The translations under genes and the position numbers were made by a program. A DNA stretch of 64,000 nucleotides from Patescibacteria group bacterium (GTDB lineage Bacteria; Patescibacteriota; Minisyncoccia; Phycocordibacterales; PALSA-1337): NCBI GenBank assembly GCA_040387635.1, contig JAZKDJ010000001.1, positions 311,453 to 375,452 of the forward strand, given 5' to 3'. Of this stretch, positions 19,177 through 28,796 are shown piece after piece (position 1 is the first letter of the stretch; each line of letters starts with the position of its first letter). The notes below the pieces were generated by a model. It was not told the origin of the DNA. It ran no database searches and was given only the letters and a program-made list of their open reading frames with translations.

Positions 19177-19552
19177 TGTATTTCACAAGTAATGAACTGT
19201 ATCCAGCCACAAACAATGCACCAATCGTACCTACGATAATATCCTTGATGCTATCGAAGAAATACTTCGAAGTACCTACGTGCGCACCAGCAATATCATA
19301 ATGAGCTTCGAAGACTTCCCAGCAAAGAGTACCTATAAATGTGTACACGACAACCTTCCGGAATGATGCCGGCTTTTCAAAAAAGAAAAACCAAATATAT
19401 TGCACCGCCAAGGCAATGCTCACTCCTCCAAGAAAATGCATCGGTATATCAAACCACCAGTGGCGGAGATACCAGTGATGCGACATTGCCGCGAGGTGTA
19501 AGAGAAAAAGTGCTAATGCAGTCGACAACGTCAGTATTTCTTTCTTATTCAT
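19160..19552 (-). CDS. Membrane protein (DUF2238/VanZ-like)
   Basis: WWFDIPMHFLGG, WEVFE, D...D motif, four TM helices. Confidence 0.75.
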   Translation of the reverse strand: MNKKEILTLSTALALFLLHLAAMSHHWYLRHWWFDIPMHFLGGVSIALAVQYIWFFFFEKPASFRKVVVYTFIGTLCWEVFEAHYDIAGAHVGTSKYFFDSIKDIIVGTIGALFVAGYSSLLVKYNEKKQ

Positions 19553-19573
19553 AACGCCTATTATACGACAAAC

Positions 19574-19613
19574 AAAAACACCTGCCCAGCCGGAGCCGTG
19601 CAGATGTGTTTGA
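19574..19613 (-). terminator. Terminator downstream of the 6S-like RNA
   Basis: AAACACATCTGC...GCAGGTGTTTTTG on the minus strand. Confidence 0.65.
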
Positions 19614-19615
19614 TT

Positions 19616-19748
19616 GGTTGCGAAGTATTAGACCTGTAATATTAACAGGTGGGTGATCTTATATCGAACACCAAGGCGCCGATCAATTGAACTCCCGAAG
19701 AGCTCTCAATCTCCCGTTGAAAAGTTTAAGGGTTAATACTTCACAACC
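19616..19748 (-). ncRNA. ssrS: Compact 6S RNA
   Basis: 15-bp closing stem GGUUGUGAAGUAUUA/UAAUACUUCGCAACC; central bubble with 3' hairpin ACCUGU/ACAGGU; GGCG and CCCACCUG elements; TACAAT -10 box 7 nt upstream; terminator downstream. Confidence 0.72.
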
Positions 19749-19774
19749 TACAGTCATTGTACCTTCCCTGATCT

Positions 19775-20377
19775 CTACTCCGCAAGGCCATCCAAATTTA
19801 CATCATACAAAATCTTTTCTTGCACTAGTGAAAACTTCATAAGTTCTTCAGGTTTAAACCAGTGCATAATTTCATCCTGTGCCTCCTTCACTGATCCTGA
19901 TGCGTGAACAAGGTTCCTCACTGCCCTTTTGTGATCATTAGACATCTGATACGAATCAAGAACAAAGTCTCCTCGAATAGTTCCAACGTCTGATGACAGT
20001 GGCTCTGTGCCTCCTGTAAGCTTGCGTACGATCGATACTGCATGTGCTCCCTCCCAAACCATGGCTATGACTGGGCCTGCTGCCATATAGTCTACAAGAC
20101 GCCCGAGAATACCCCGACCAATCTCTTCAGGAACTTCAGAATGAAGCTTGCCTCCCTTCTCTTTGGTGTTGTTGATCAATTTCTCACCGACAAGTCGAAG
20201 CCACTCTGGATCAATCGTGTAATGTTTCTCGATGAGCTCTCGTGTAGGTCGAAGCATTTTCATACCAACAAGCTTAAGCCCAATTCTTTCGTAGCGACCA
20301 ATAATTTCTCCAATGAGTCCACGCTGCACTCCATCCGGCTTAATAATTGTAAGCGTCTGTTCTTTTTTGTGCTCCAT
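19775..20377 (-). CDS. ndk: Nucleoside diphosphate kinase
   Basis: IIKPDGVQRGL, GTIRGDF, RNLVHASGS. Confidence 0.95.
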   Translation of the reverse strand: MEHKKEQTLTIIKPDGVQRGLIGEIIGRYERIGLKLVGMKMLRPTRELIEKHYTIDPEWLRLVGEKLINNTKEKGGKLHSEVPEEIGRGILGRLVDYMAAGPVIAMVWEGAHAVSIVRKLTGGTEPLSSDVGTIRGDFVLDSYQMSNDHKRAVRNLVHASGSVKEAQDEIMHWFKPEELMKFSLVQEKILYDVNLDGLAE

Positions 20378-20401
20378 GCGGAATATAAATTAGCTGACTG
20401 T

Positions 20402-20695
20402 TTAAATCGTCTTCTTGATGTCTGCAATCTTCTGAGCGTCATCAAGGCTCTTCTCCTCCTTGTTTACGAATTTCAAAGTTTTAATGCTTTCTCTGATCTG
20501 TTCCGCAATATCATTATTGAGATCAGTCTTAACTTTCATGCAGATCATTGCGAGTCTCACGAGGACAGCTCCCCTCTCTTCCGATGTGAGAGGCACATCC
20601 TTGAATTGATCTAACGCTTTTTTGACATTATCTTTGGATCCTGATTTGAACGCATCTTCCAAAGCTGTGAATGCCGATATCGTAGTAGTGGTCAT
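20402..20695 (-). CDS. Small helical hypothetical protein
   Basis: 97-aa ORF co-oriented within the operon. Confidence 0.65.
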   Translation of the reverse strand: MTTTTISAFTALEDAFKSGSKDNVKKALDQFKDVPLTSEERGAVLVRLAMICMKVKTDLNNDIAEQIRESIKTLKFVNKEEKSLDDAQKIADIKKTI

Positions 20696-20716
20696 AAGTT
20701 ATGAATTAGGATGTGG

Positions 20717-21991
20717 TTAGGCTGATAAAAGTTTTGAGAGCATAATCTCCAAGATGTTTGCTTTTGCATCAAAATCTGGACCCATACTCACAACATTTCC
20801 ATTAAAATCATCCCCCCGAAGAACACGGATCGCCCTCTCCATGTCCTGTACCAACCATTCACGCGCTTCATCTCCTTCCTTGGTTCCAATCTTCTCAAGG
20901 CTCATAAATTCAACGAAAGCTTTATGCATATTTTCCCACTCTTTGCCTCCAATCTTAACTTTATCAATTGCAATATTAAATCTATTGCGAGCAACCTTTT
21001 CTGCCCACTCATCTATTCGCGTAGCAAGATCTACATCGTCAATATTGGAAAGATCGATACCAAGCTCATTCTCCTCTTTTTTGTCAGTAATGTATTTTTT
21101 AGTGAATTCCAATCCTTCATTAGCCTGCTTAAGGGAATTCTTATGCTCTTTGATAGCGTTTATATCCGCGAGCTTTTCTGCATGTTCCAACAGTTTCTCT
21201 TCTATCTTCTTGGTGATCTTATCCTGCAAAGAATCAAGAGCAAAAATTCCAGTCTTCATTTCCTTAAGCTTTTCTTTCGCTTGTGCGATCTTCTCTTCTA
21301 CTCCAGCTGTTCGAAGATCAAGCTGTCGCTTAAGCTCATCATTTTCCTCACCTAACTTGTTGAGTGCTTGTACAAAATCTTCGTCACTTGTACCCCCTGC
21401 CTCACCTACTACCTTCTTCCTAAGTTCAAGGAATGATTTATTCATTCCATTCTTATCATTAAAAATAGCATTAATGCGTATAGTTGCCATACTGAGGAAT
21501 CCCCGGTTTTCCATTACCTTTAGGATATCCTCCTTCTTCTTTTCTCTGGACGCTACATTGGCTTCATATCCGCTTGTCTTGGATAGTGATTCCAGTTCGC
21601 TATGTGCAGCTGTAAGTTCTGTCTCACTCTCTCTCATAGCTTTCACCTGGCCAAGGATTTCAGGTATGCTCTCTGGATTATCGATCGCTTCCTGCTCCAG
21701 AAACGCCTCAACGTCAGCAAGGTCCTTCTCCTCCATCACAATACCGAACTCTTTTTGAAGTTCTGTCTTATAAGCACTCTTAAGTTCTTTAGAAGTTTCT
21801 TTAATACTTCTAAACGCATCGAAGCGTGCTTTCAATTCTTCTGCACCAATACCTGCAGATTTATCAGGATATTTAACTGCCCAAAGCGAGAAGCCTGGGG
21901 TGCTATATGCAATCTGTCCAATATGCTTAAGAATTACTTCTTCAGTAAGTGGCGGAGGGGTTTCCGCGATTATCGGAGGTTTAGGAGTCAT
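20717..21991 (-). CDS. Coiled-coil E/K-rich hypothetical protein
   Basis: 424 aa, heptad-rich. Confidence 0.75.
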   Translation of the reverse strand: MTPKPPIIAETPPPLTEEVILKHIGQIAYSTPGFSLWAVKYPDKSAGIGAEELKARFDAFRSIKETSKELKSAYKTELQKEFGIVMEEKDLADVEAFLEQEAIDNPESIPEILGQVKAMRESETELTAAHSELESLSKTSGYEANVASREKKKEDILKVMENRGFLSMATIRINAIFNDKNGMNKSFLELRKKVVGEAGGTSDEDFVQALNKLGEENDELKRQLDLRTAGVEEKIAQAKEKLKEMKTGIFALDSLQDKITKKIEEKLLEHAEKLADINAIKEHKNSLKQANEGLEFTKKYITDKKEENELGIDLSNIDDVDLATRIDEWAEKVARNRFNIAIDKVKIGGKEWENMHKAFVEFMSLEKIGTKEGDEAREWLVQDMERAIRVLRGDDFNGNVVSMGPDFDAKANILEIMLSKLLSA

Positions 21992-22058
21992 AGAAATGGG
22001 CTAAATTCGATTCAATTATCTGTTAATTATTACAAGATAATTGTACCCCATTTGATTT

Positions 22059-24836
22059 CTATTTGCGATATTTAGCGAGGATCTCGGCATCGATGGTTTC
22101 CCTGTCGCCTCCGTATTTGAGATATGAAATCTCCTTGAGCTTGTCGACAGCATCCTTATTTCCCTTCGGAGGAGCCATTGTTTCTATATTAAATGGCTTA
22201 ACTGGGCGGCCCTGTACCAACATCTTGATGTAGGCATTTCTGTTATCAATATTCATGATGTCCTTAGCAGTGAAAACCGGCTCAAACTGTTTCTCTAAGA
22301 ATTCTGCATCTTCGGAACCTACACGGAAAGCAGCGATAGATCCCACGTTACCGAATACTGCATCTTTGATATCGTCTTCAAGCTGAGCGATGAATTGGTG
22401 AGCGATGTTAAGGGACAACCGATACTTACGAGCTTCAGACAGAATAGTAGCGATCGAATCAGTAGTGATGTTCTGGAACTCATCGATGTACAAATAGAAT
22501 GGAGGAAAATCCTTACCCAACGAATCAACTCTTGAGAGCGCTGCCATAAGAATCTTGCCCACAAGAATAAGACCGATAAGGTTAGCATTTATATCACCTA
22601 GTCTTCCCTTCGAGAGGTTAACGAGAAGAATTTTCTTGTTGTCCATAACATCCCTGAAATTGAATGCGGATTTCTCTTGAGCGATGATAGGTCGCATAAT
22701 ATCGTTCGAAAGAAAGACATCAAATTTGCTCGTGATATACGGAACAATGTTAGCTAGCGAAGCTTCTCCTCCTGCCTTTTCAGCAACTTCTTTCCAGAAT
22801 TGAATAACAATCGGATTCTTACACTTAGCAATCTTCATTTCCCTGAATGGCTTGTTCGCAAGCACTCTTGAGACATCGAGGAGCGTATTACCTGACTCTG
22901 GGTCTTCCATAACAAGCAACACTGAGTTTCTGAAATACTGCTCGAACATAGGGCCTCCTGCGGTTTTCATATCAAACAGCTTGTTGAAAATAGAAAGCAT
23001 TTCGTTCACCACGAATGTCTTCTGCTCAGGATATCGAACATCGTACTCAAGCATGTTGAGTCCCATTGGACGCGCAGTATGTGAAGGATCAAAATAAATA
23101 ACATCATTGATTCGCTCTCGCGGAATGGATGCAAGAATGTCTTGAATATCAGAACCATGCGGATCAATCATACAGACACCTTCCCCATTCTGAATGTCTT
23201 GAATGATCATGTTCTTGAGGAGGGTCGTCTTACCTGTTCCGGTTTGACCAATAGTATAGAAATGCCTCAAGCGATCTTCTGGTAACATAAATACCTTTTG
23301 TTCAATCCCTCTGTTCCTATTTACACCAATAAGTACGCCCTGCTGAGGGAGATCGAGAGGTGCGGGCGCTGTGCCAGCCTTTGCAGTCTTAAGCTGTGCC
23401 GATCCCTTCATCACTGATGCAGGCAAATGCATAATGCTTGTTAACTCCCGAAGACTGAGCGGCACTACTGAGTCCTTATCAAAAAGCCTGAATGAGAATT
23501 GCTCGAGAAAATTCTGAAGCGCTCCCTTGCTTACACGCTTCCATTTGAGAGCGTTTCCTTGAGTGTTTTCGAACTGATTGAATGACGCCTCGATATGAGA
23601 AAGTATCTCCTCAGCTGAAGCTTGGTTTTGTGCTGACGCCACAATCCTGATGTTGGTCTCAACAATCGGAGTAGAGATTCTGCCCTTAATGAGATCAGCC
23701 GAGAGTTGATCAACATGCTTACCTCCCACCTTCTCTCGTTCTTCTTTTTCTTTTTTCTCCCGCTTCTCCTTGTCTGCCTTAGTCTCTATAGACTTATCGA
23801 TAAACTTGAACATGCCATCAAGAAACTTTGCGACACCCTCAGGGGCATTGACCACCTCTTTTGTCTCTTCACCCTTAAGAACCTTATCAAGCATCTCGCT
23901 ATACTTTTTGACATACCTATCTCCACACGGGCTAAATACGATTTGTATGGATGCTCCTTCCCCATCATGGTCGATCTTCGAAAAGCTGTTGAGGAGTATA
24001 TTGAGAGGATCGTATTCAAAAGCTTCATACGTTGTAAGCGGCCACACTGAATTTTTGGAGTGTGCTGCATAAGAAGCAACAGTAGCGCCTCCTTCACTGA
24101 AAATATTATAGTCATCCTTTTTCTCAACCACTTTTGCATCATGGAAAATCGACAGTACTTGCTTCTCGAAAAGCCCCTTCTTGCTATCATGCACTGCTAC
24201 ATAGAAAACAAACTCGCTACTGTGATTTGATACAGCAAGCTCCACCGTGAAGTAATTCGTATTAGCTGAGTTATCATCCTTAACCGAAAGCATACCTGAG
24301 TAAAACTGCTCCATAGAGATCAACATCTCCTTGAGAGTCTTCTTCTGTTCTTCTTCGCCCTTCTCAGGAAGTGTTATCTCGAAGAGTGTCATATGAAGCG
24401 CTCTTCCCATCTCAGAGTTCTCCTTTACTCCCTCAGCAGGAAAACCAGCCTTTAGATACTGGATAAGAAGTCTCTCGAAGTCATCAGCGATATGTGGATC
24501 ATTCATCCCCCTTACAGAATCAAGAGCAGCTTTAAAACCCTTTGACTGAAGAATTCCTATGAGCTCTGCCATAGTCTCATCATGCGCTTCAGGAGAAAGC
24601 TCAAGCGTAATGGATTCCGAATGTTCTTTGGACACCTCATACGATGGATCAATTACCTTCTCACGAGGAGTCTCGGAATATGTCTTCAATACCTCTCGTG
24701 TAGTTTGCTCGCGTGCGGCTTCCACATCCTTACCCGCTAGCTCGCGCTCTTTCTGTGCTATTTGTTCACGCAAAAAAGCTATCTCTTCTTCAGGTGTTCG
24801 AAGCTTCTCCCCTACCGGTATATTGAATACTTCCAT
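22059..24836 (-). CDS. VirD4/TraD-like coupling ATPase (CPR-conserved type IV secretion DNA-binding domain protein)
   Basis: RLRHFYTIGQTGTGKT, IDPHG, LYIDEFQN, LSEARKYRL. Confidence 0.9.
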   Translation of the reverse strand: MEVFNIPVGEKLRTPEEEIAFLREQIAQKERELAGKDVEAAREQTTREVLKTYSETPREKVIDPSYEVSKEHSESITLELSPEAHDETMAELIGILQSKGFKAALDSVRGMNDPHIADDFERLLIQYLKAGFPAEGVKENSEMGRALHMTLFEITLPEKGEEEQKKTLKEMLISMEQFYSGMLSVKDDNSANTNYFTVELAVSNHSSEFVFYVAVHDSKKGLFEKQVLSIFHDAKVVEKKDDYNIFSEGGATVASYAAHSKNSVWPLTTYEAFEYDPLNILLNSFSKIDHDGEGASIQIVFSPCGDRYVKKYSEMLDKVLKGEETKEVVNAPEGVAKFLDGMFKFIDKSIETKADKEKREKKEKEEREKVGGKHVDQLSADLIKGRISTPIVETNIRIVASAQNQASAEEILSHIEASFNQFENTQGNALKWKRVSKGALQNFLEQFSFRLFDKDSVVPLSLRELTSIMHLPASVMKGSAQLKTAKAGTAPAPLDLPQQGVLIGVNRNRGIEQKVFMLPEDRLRHFYTIGQTGTGKTTLLKNMIIQDIQNGEGVCMIDPHGSDIQDILASIPRERINDVIYFDPSHTARPMGLNMLEYDVRYPEQKTFVVNEMLSIFNKLFDMKTAGGPMFEQYFRNSVLLVMEDPESGNTLLDVSRVLANKPFREMKIAKCKNPIVIQFWKEVAEKAGGEASLANIVPYITSKFDVFLSNDIMRPIIAQEKSAFNFRDVMDNKKILLVNLSKGRLGDINANLIGLILVGKILMAALSRVDSLGKDFPPFYLYIDEFQNITTDSIATILSEARKYRLSLNIAHQFIAQLEDDIKDAVFGNVGSIAAFRVGSEDAEFLEKQFEPVFTAKDIMNIDNRNAYIKMLVQGRPVKPFNIETMAPPKGNKDAVDKLKEISYLKYGGDRETIDAEILAKYRK

Positions 24837-24869
24837 GTTGGAAATATTATATCATGCTAAAATGCGGTT

Positions 24870-25319
24870 ATGGAAAACCCCAACTTCAGAGAAGATTCAG
24901 AGCAACCCGAACAACAAATTCACCTAGAGAAAACTGCAATTCTCGAAAATGCGGTCACGGAAGTACTCTCACCGGTTATCGAATATTACGAGAACCAGAT
25001 ACAGAACATGCAGACGTATGATCCTAATGTCCTCGTAGACCTACATTTTGAAGGCGCAACAGAAACACTGGAAATGGAAGTAGCTATCAGATCTTACCAG
25101 CTTGGATGTAAAAGTCTTACTACAGAAGACTTCTTGGACTATATAGGTGTCTTTTTTAAAGACCAAGAAAGTGCAGACAGGTTTGTGATCAACGAAGATT
25201 CAATCAAAGAAGCTACACAAAGCTATGTTAGCTTTATAAAATTACAAAAGTTACTGCCAATATCCTGGGAACTAAGAGGTAGCCCCGAAGATCCGAACGT
25301 GCAGACTATTACTGAGTAA
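24870..25319 (+). CDS. Acidic hypothetical protein
   Basis: 149-aa ORF filling the gap between genes. Confidence 0.65.
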   Translation: MENPNFREDSEQPEQQIHLEKTAILENAVTEVLSPVIEYYENQIQNMQTYDPNVLVDLHFEGATETLEMEVAIRSYQLGCKSLTTEDFLDYIGVFFKDQESADRFVINEDSIKEATQSYVSFIKLQKLLPISWELRGSPEDPNVQTITE

Positions 25320-26073
25320 GTATTTCCGCTCCGCTTTTGGTTATGAGAACCGTGTGCTCAACATGAACGCTCACACTGCCGTCTGTCGTCACATACACAT
25401 GACCATCACCAATAGGCTTCACCTTTTTTGAGCCGAGATTAATGATAGGTTCGATTGCAAGTACCATGCCCGCCTTGAGTTTTGGGCCAGTGTTCGCCTC
25501 ACCGTAGTTGGGTATAAAAGGCTCCTCATGCACCGAATATCCCACGCCGTGCCCACATAGCTCTTCCACGAGTCCATATGAATGTGGAAGAATCGTTCTC
25601 TCGATGGCGACGCCTATATCTCCAACACTCTTCCCTCCTCGTGCTGCTTTGATACCATTTGCTAGAGCCTCCTCTGCGACTCGCATCATCTTGATCTTAT
25701 CTTCCGAAACGTTTCCTACTGGAACTGTTATGGCTGCATCAGTAAACAAACCTTTATGAATGAGACCTAAATCAAGAGTGACAAGGTCGCCATCCTTGAA
25801 AACTTTTGAAGGATTAGGCATACCATGCACCACTTCATTATTTATAGAAACACAAAGCGCTGCTGGAAAAGGCGTTTTGAGACCTCTCGGTTTATAGTTC
25901 AAGAAAGAAGACGTATCACCACCCTCGCGAATTAACTCACGAGCACGATCTTCCAAAACCTGAGAAGAAACCCCAGGTTTTACCATATTTTTGAGCTCGT
26001 TTAGGATGAAAGCATGCCGTTTGCCGCCTTCCCTAAGGATCGCGATCTCTTCTTTTGTCTTGATGGTAATCAT
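25309..26073 (-). CDS. map: Methionine aminopeptidase type I
   Basis: CVSINNEVVHG, D...D, GHGVG..VHE, AIEP, EHTV; ATG at 26073. Confidence 0.95.
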   Translation of the reverse strand: MITIKTKEEIAILREGGKRHAFILNELKNMVKPGVSSQVLEDRARELIREGGDTSSFLNYKPRGLKTPFPAALCVSINNEVVHGMPNPSKVFKDGDLVTLDLGLIHKGLFTDAAITVPVGNVSEDKIKMMRVAEEALANGIKAARGGKSVGDIGVAIERTILPHSYGLVEELCGHGVGYSVHEEPFIPNYGEANTGPKLKAGMVLAIEPIINLGSKKVKPIGDGHVYVTTDGSVSVHVEHTVLITKSGAEILTQ

Positions 26074-26109
26074 TAGGTCTACATTACCATATCTCCACAA
26101 ACAATGCCT

Positions 26110-26715
26110 CTACTTCGCCAATCCTACCGCTTTAAGGATTTCCTTATGAACTTCTCCAACAGGTCTCTCTCCATCTATAGTTATAAATCGGTAGTGAGGG
26201 TTTTTCTTGTAGTATTCGATAGTAGGAATGACATCCGTTATATACCAACCTAGTCTCTCTTCAATATCCTCCTTGGTGTCATCCATTCTGCCCCGCGCCA
26301 TGAGTCGTCGAACAGCCTCGCTCTTTGTTATGTCGAGATGGATTACATACGGCTTATCGAGATTATAGAAATCAACTACAGAATTGAGTACTCCAGCCTC
26401 ATGATACTTACGCGGCGTTCCATCAACAATAATATGGTCTTCGCCATTGTAGTGATCCACAAATACATTCGTCCACATATGCACAGCAATGAATTCCGGC
26501 ATAAGCTTCCCCTTTTCAAGCATATCCTTGGTTTTCCTGCGGGTGAATGTCGTATCATCCTTGATAAACTTCCTAAATTCGTCACCACTTTGAACGTACA
26601 GCACCTTCTTGCCTGTTTGTTTCTCCAACTCTTCCATAAGCAATTTTCCCTGAGTTCCTTTTCCCGATCCCGACTTCCCTATGAAAATGATCGTCTTGTG
26701 AGTTTTGTCTGACAT
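26110..26715 (-). CDS. adk: Adenylate kinase
   Basis: GKSGSGKGTQ, DGTPR, R.DD; position after secY. Confidence 0.9.
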   Translation of the reverse strand: MSDKTHKTIIFIGKSGSGKGTQGKLLMEELEKQTGKKVLYVQSGDEFRKFIKDDTTFTRRKTKDMLEKGKLMPEFIAVHMWTNVFVDHYNGEDHIIVDGTPRKYHEAGVLNSVVDFYNLDKPYVIHLDITKSEAVRRLMARGRMDDTKEDIEERLGWYITDVIPTIEYYKKNPHYRFITIDGERPVGEVHKEILKAVGLAK

Positions 26716-26778
26716 GCGAAAAGTATATCACTTAAATTACCGCCCTCAAAAAGCTCTCCTTCAGCGCAGAGTTTGTGC

Positions 26779-26812
26779 ATAACTTTTTTGACACAATTGT
26801 CAAAAAAGTTAT
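26779..26812. repeat. Perfect 15-bp inverted repeat with TTGACA in each arm
   Basis: ATAACTTTTTTGACA-CAAT-TGTCAAAAAAGTTAT; overlaps a DnaA-box-like TTATGCACA (minus, 26774-26782). Confidence 0.7.
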
Positions 26813-26984
26813 TTAATTAGTGTAGTCAGAACCTTCCACAAATCACGTAACGCACGATTTGTGTTCCTACATGTTGTCGCCTCCAAATTCCAAGAGCCCG
26901 CCGGAAGTATCATCTACAACCCGGGCTCTTTATCACCTCCCTTTTTTATATAATTCAGCTCTAGTTGATAATGAGAGTAATAAA

Positions 26985-27083
26985 TAACAAAAGCTCTACG
27001 GAAGAGACTCCGCAGAGCTTGGCTCGAGGACTGAGTTGATTTTCAGTAGAAAATCAACGGTCTCTGAAGTAGAGCTTTTGTTA
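26985..27083. repeat. Structured three-way-junction element, copy A (after secY)
   Basis: 15-bp outer stem, GGAA/TGAA internal loop, GAGAC/GTCTC stem, two daughter hairpins; same architecture as 52067-52177. Confidence 0.75.
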
Positions 27084-27084
27084 A

Positions 27085-28356
27085 TTAATACTCCCTCATA
27101 GCTGCCTGAGCGTCGATTCGTTTTACCAAATCCAACACCACAGACACCACGATGAGAAGCGCTGTACCTCCGATTGCAAGAGCGGCATTACCCGTAACTG
27201 CCTGCAATATAAGTGGAAGGACTGCGATAAGAGCTAGGAAAATAGCTCCTACGAATGTGATTCTTGTCACAATCTTCGCTAGGTGAAGCGCCGTAGCGTC
27301 TCCTGGACGAACTCCTGGGACGAAGGCTCCTCCCTTCTGAAGGTTCTCTGCTATTCTCTGAGGATCAAATGTAATCGCCGTATAGAAGTACGTGAAAAGG
27401 AAGACGAGAACGAAATAGATCGCTGAGTAATACCAAGAGTTACCAAGGAATGAAGACACACCTCCTGCGATAGATGCAACTGTTGCATTCGCTGACTCCG
27501 CTAGGAATTGCGCTGCAACCTGAGGAAGCAACAGAATCGATAGGGCGAAGATGATTGGAATCACTCCAGCCTGATTGAGTCTGAATGGAAGATATGTTGA
27601 TGTACCACCTGATACTGAATTACCTCGAACCTGCTTTGCATAGGTTACTGGGATTGGTCGCTCAGCTTCGGTTACAAGCACAACGAGTGCAATAACGCCC
27701 ACTGCGATAGCCAGGAACAACGCATAGTAAGGTAGCTGTTGAGGATCAAACGATACAACAAACTGAGCAATCTGAGACGGCAGTGTCGCTACGATACCTG
27801 CAAAGATAATGAGCGATACTCCGTTACCGATACCGAATTCAGATATAAGCTCTCCTACCCACATGAGAAGGAGTGAACCTGCAGTTACCACAAGCACGTT
27901 GAGCACGAATGATGTCATCGTGAGGTGCTGGAGGATATTCTGAGATTCAAGAAGCTTAAGGAATGCAAATGACTGAAGGAATGCGAGAGGCACAGAGAGG
28001 TATCGTGACCACTGTGACAATCTCATACGTCCCGCGTCACCTTCTTCCTGCATTTGCGATTTCAATTTCGGGAAAACCATAGTCATGACCTGCATGATAA
28101 TGGATGCCGTAATGAAAGGTCCAACTCCCAACATCACAATAGATAGCCTTGAGATACCTCCTCCAGAGAAGATATCAAGGAGTCCCAAGAGCTGGTTGCC
28201 CGCGAGAAGCCTGTCGAGGCTAAGTACATCAACTCCAGGGATTGGAATCGATGACAATAGTCGGAATACGATAAGCGCTAAGACGGTGAATACGATCCTC
28301 TTCCTAATTACAGGATCCTTGAGCACAAGTCCTACTTTTTCGAAAAATGGTTTCAT
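27085..28356 (-). CDS. secY: Preprotein translocase SecY
   Basis: LGVGPFITASI, GIGNGVSL, AGVIPIIFA, PGVRPG, GGTALLI. Confidence 0.98.
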   Translation of the reverse strand: MKPFFEKVGLVLKDPVIRKRIVFTVLALIVFRLLSSIPIPGVDVLSLDRLLAGNQLLGLLDIFSGGGISRLSIVMLGVGPFITASIIMQVMTMVFPKLKSQMQEEGDAGRMRLSQWSRYLSVPLAFLQSFAFLKLLESQNILQHLTMTSFVLNVLVVTAGSLLLMWVGELISEFGIGNGVSLIIFAGIVATLPSQIAQFVVSFDPQQLPYYALFLAIAVGVIALVVLVTEAERPIPVTYAKQVRGNSVSGGTSTYLPFRLNQAGVIPIIFALSILLLPQVAAQFLAESANATVASIAGGVSSFLGNSWYYSAIYFVLVFLFTYFYTAITFDPQRIAENLQKGGAFVPGVRPGDATALHLAKIVTRITFVGAIFLALIAVLPLILQAVTGNAALAIGGTALLIVVSVVLDLVKRIDAQAAMREY

Positions 28357-28796
28357 TATTTTACTGAACCGCCTGCCTTCTCAAGTTTTGCCTTTGCTGA
28401 TTGAGACACAGCGCAGCCCGACACGATAACCGACTTAGTAATTTCACCGTCTCCAAGGATCTTAACCTTAGGGAATTTGCCTCCGATGTTTATGATGAGC
28501 TTCTTCTCAGCAAGTGATGATGGACTTATTGTATCACCCTTGTTGAAGGCTGCCTCGATAGCACCAACGTTAATTGCTGCCACCGTATTCACGAATGACT
28601 TTAGTGAGTTAACACCTCGTCCTCGGAGCTTAGGAAGTCTCTTGATGAAATCTCGCATCTCTGGGCGCTTCTTTCGTCCCGCTCGAGCGTTCTGACCCTT
28701 AGTACCTCGGCCTGCTGTCTTACCTCGCTTACCTCCTCGGCCGACCGTCATGGTCTTCTTGTTCTTAGTGATTCTTTTTAAATTATGTAACTGCAT
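28356..28796 (-). CDS. rplO: 50S ribosomal protein L15
   Basis: GRGGKRGKTAGRGTKGQ, VKILG.G. Confidence 0.97.
   Translation of the reverse strand: MQLHNLKRITKNKKTMTVGRGGKRGKTAGRGTKGQNARAGRKKRPEMRDFIKRLPKLRGRGVNSLKSFVNTVAAINVGAIEAAFNKGDTISPSSLAEKKLIINIGGKFPKVKILGDGEITKSVIVSGCAVSQSAKAKLEKAGGSVK

Noticed and set aside
20754-21758. 334-aa + strand ORF
   Set aside because: Antisense shadow of the E/K-rich gene 20717-21991; S/L/F-rich composition typical of a reverse frame
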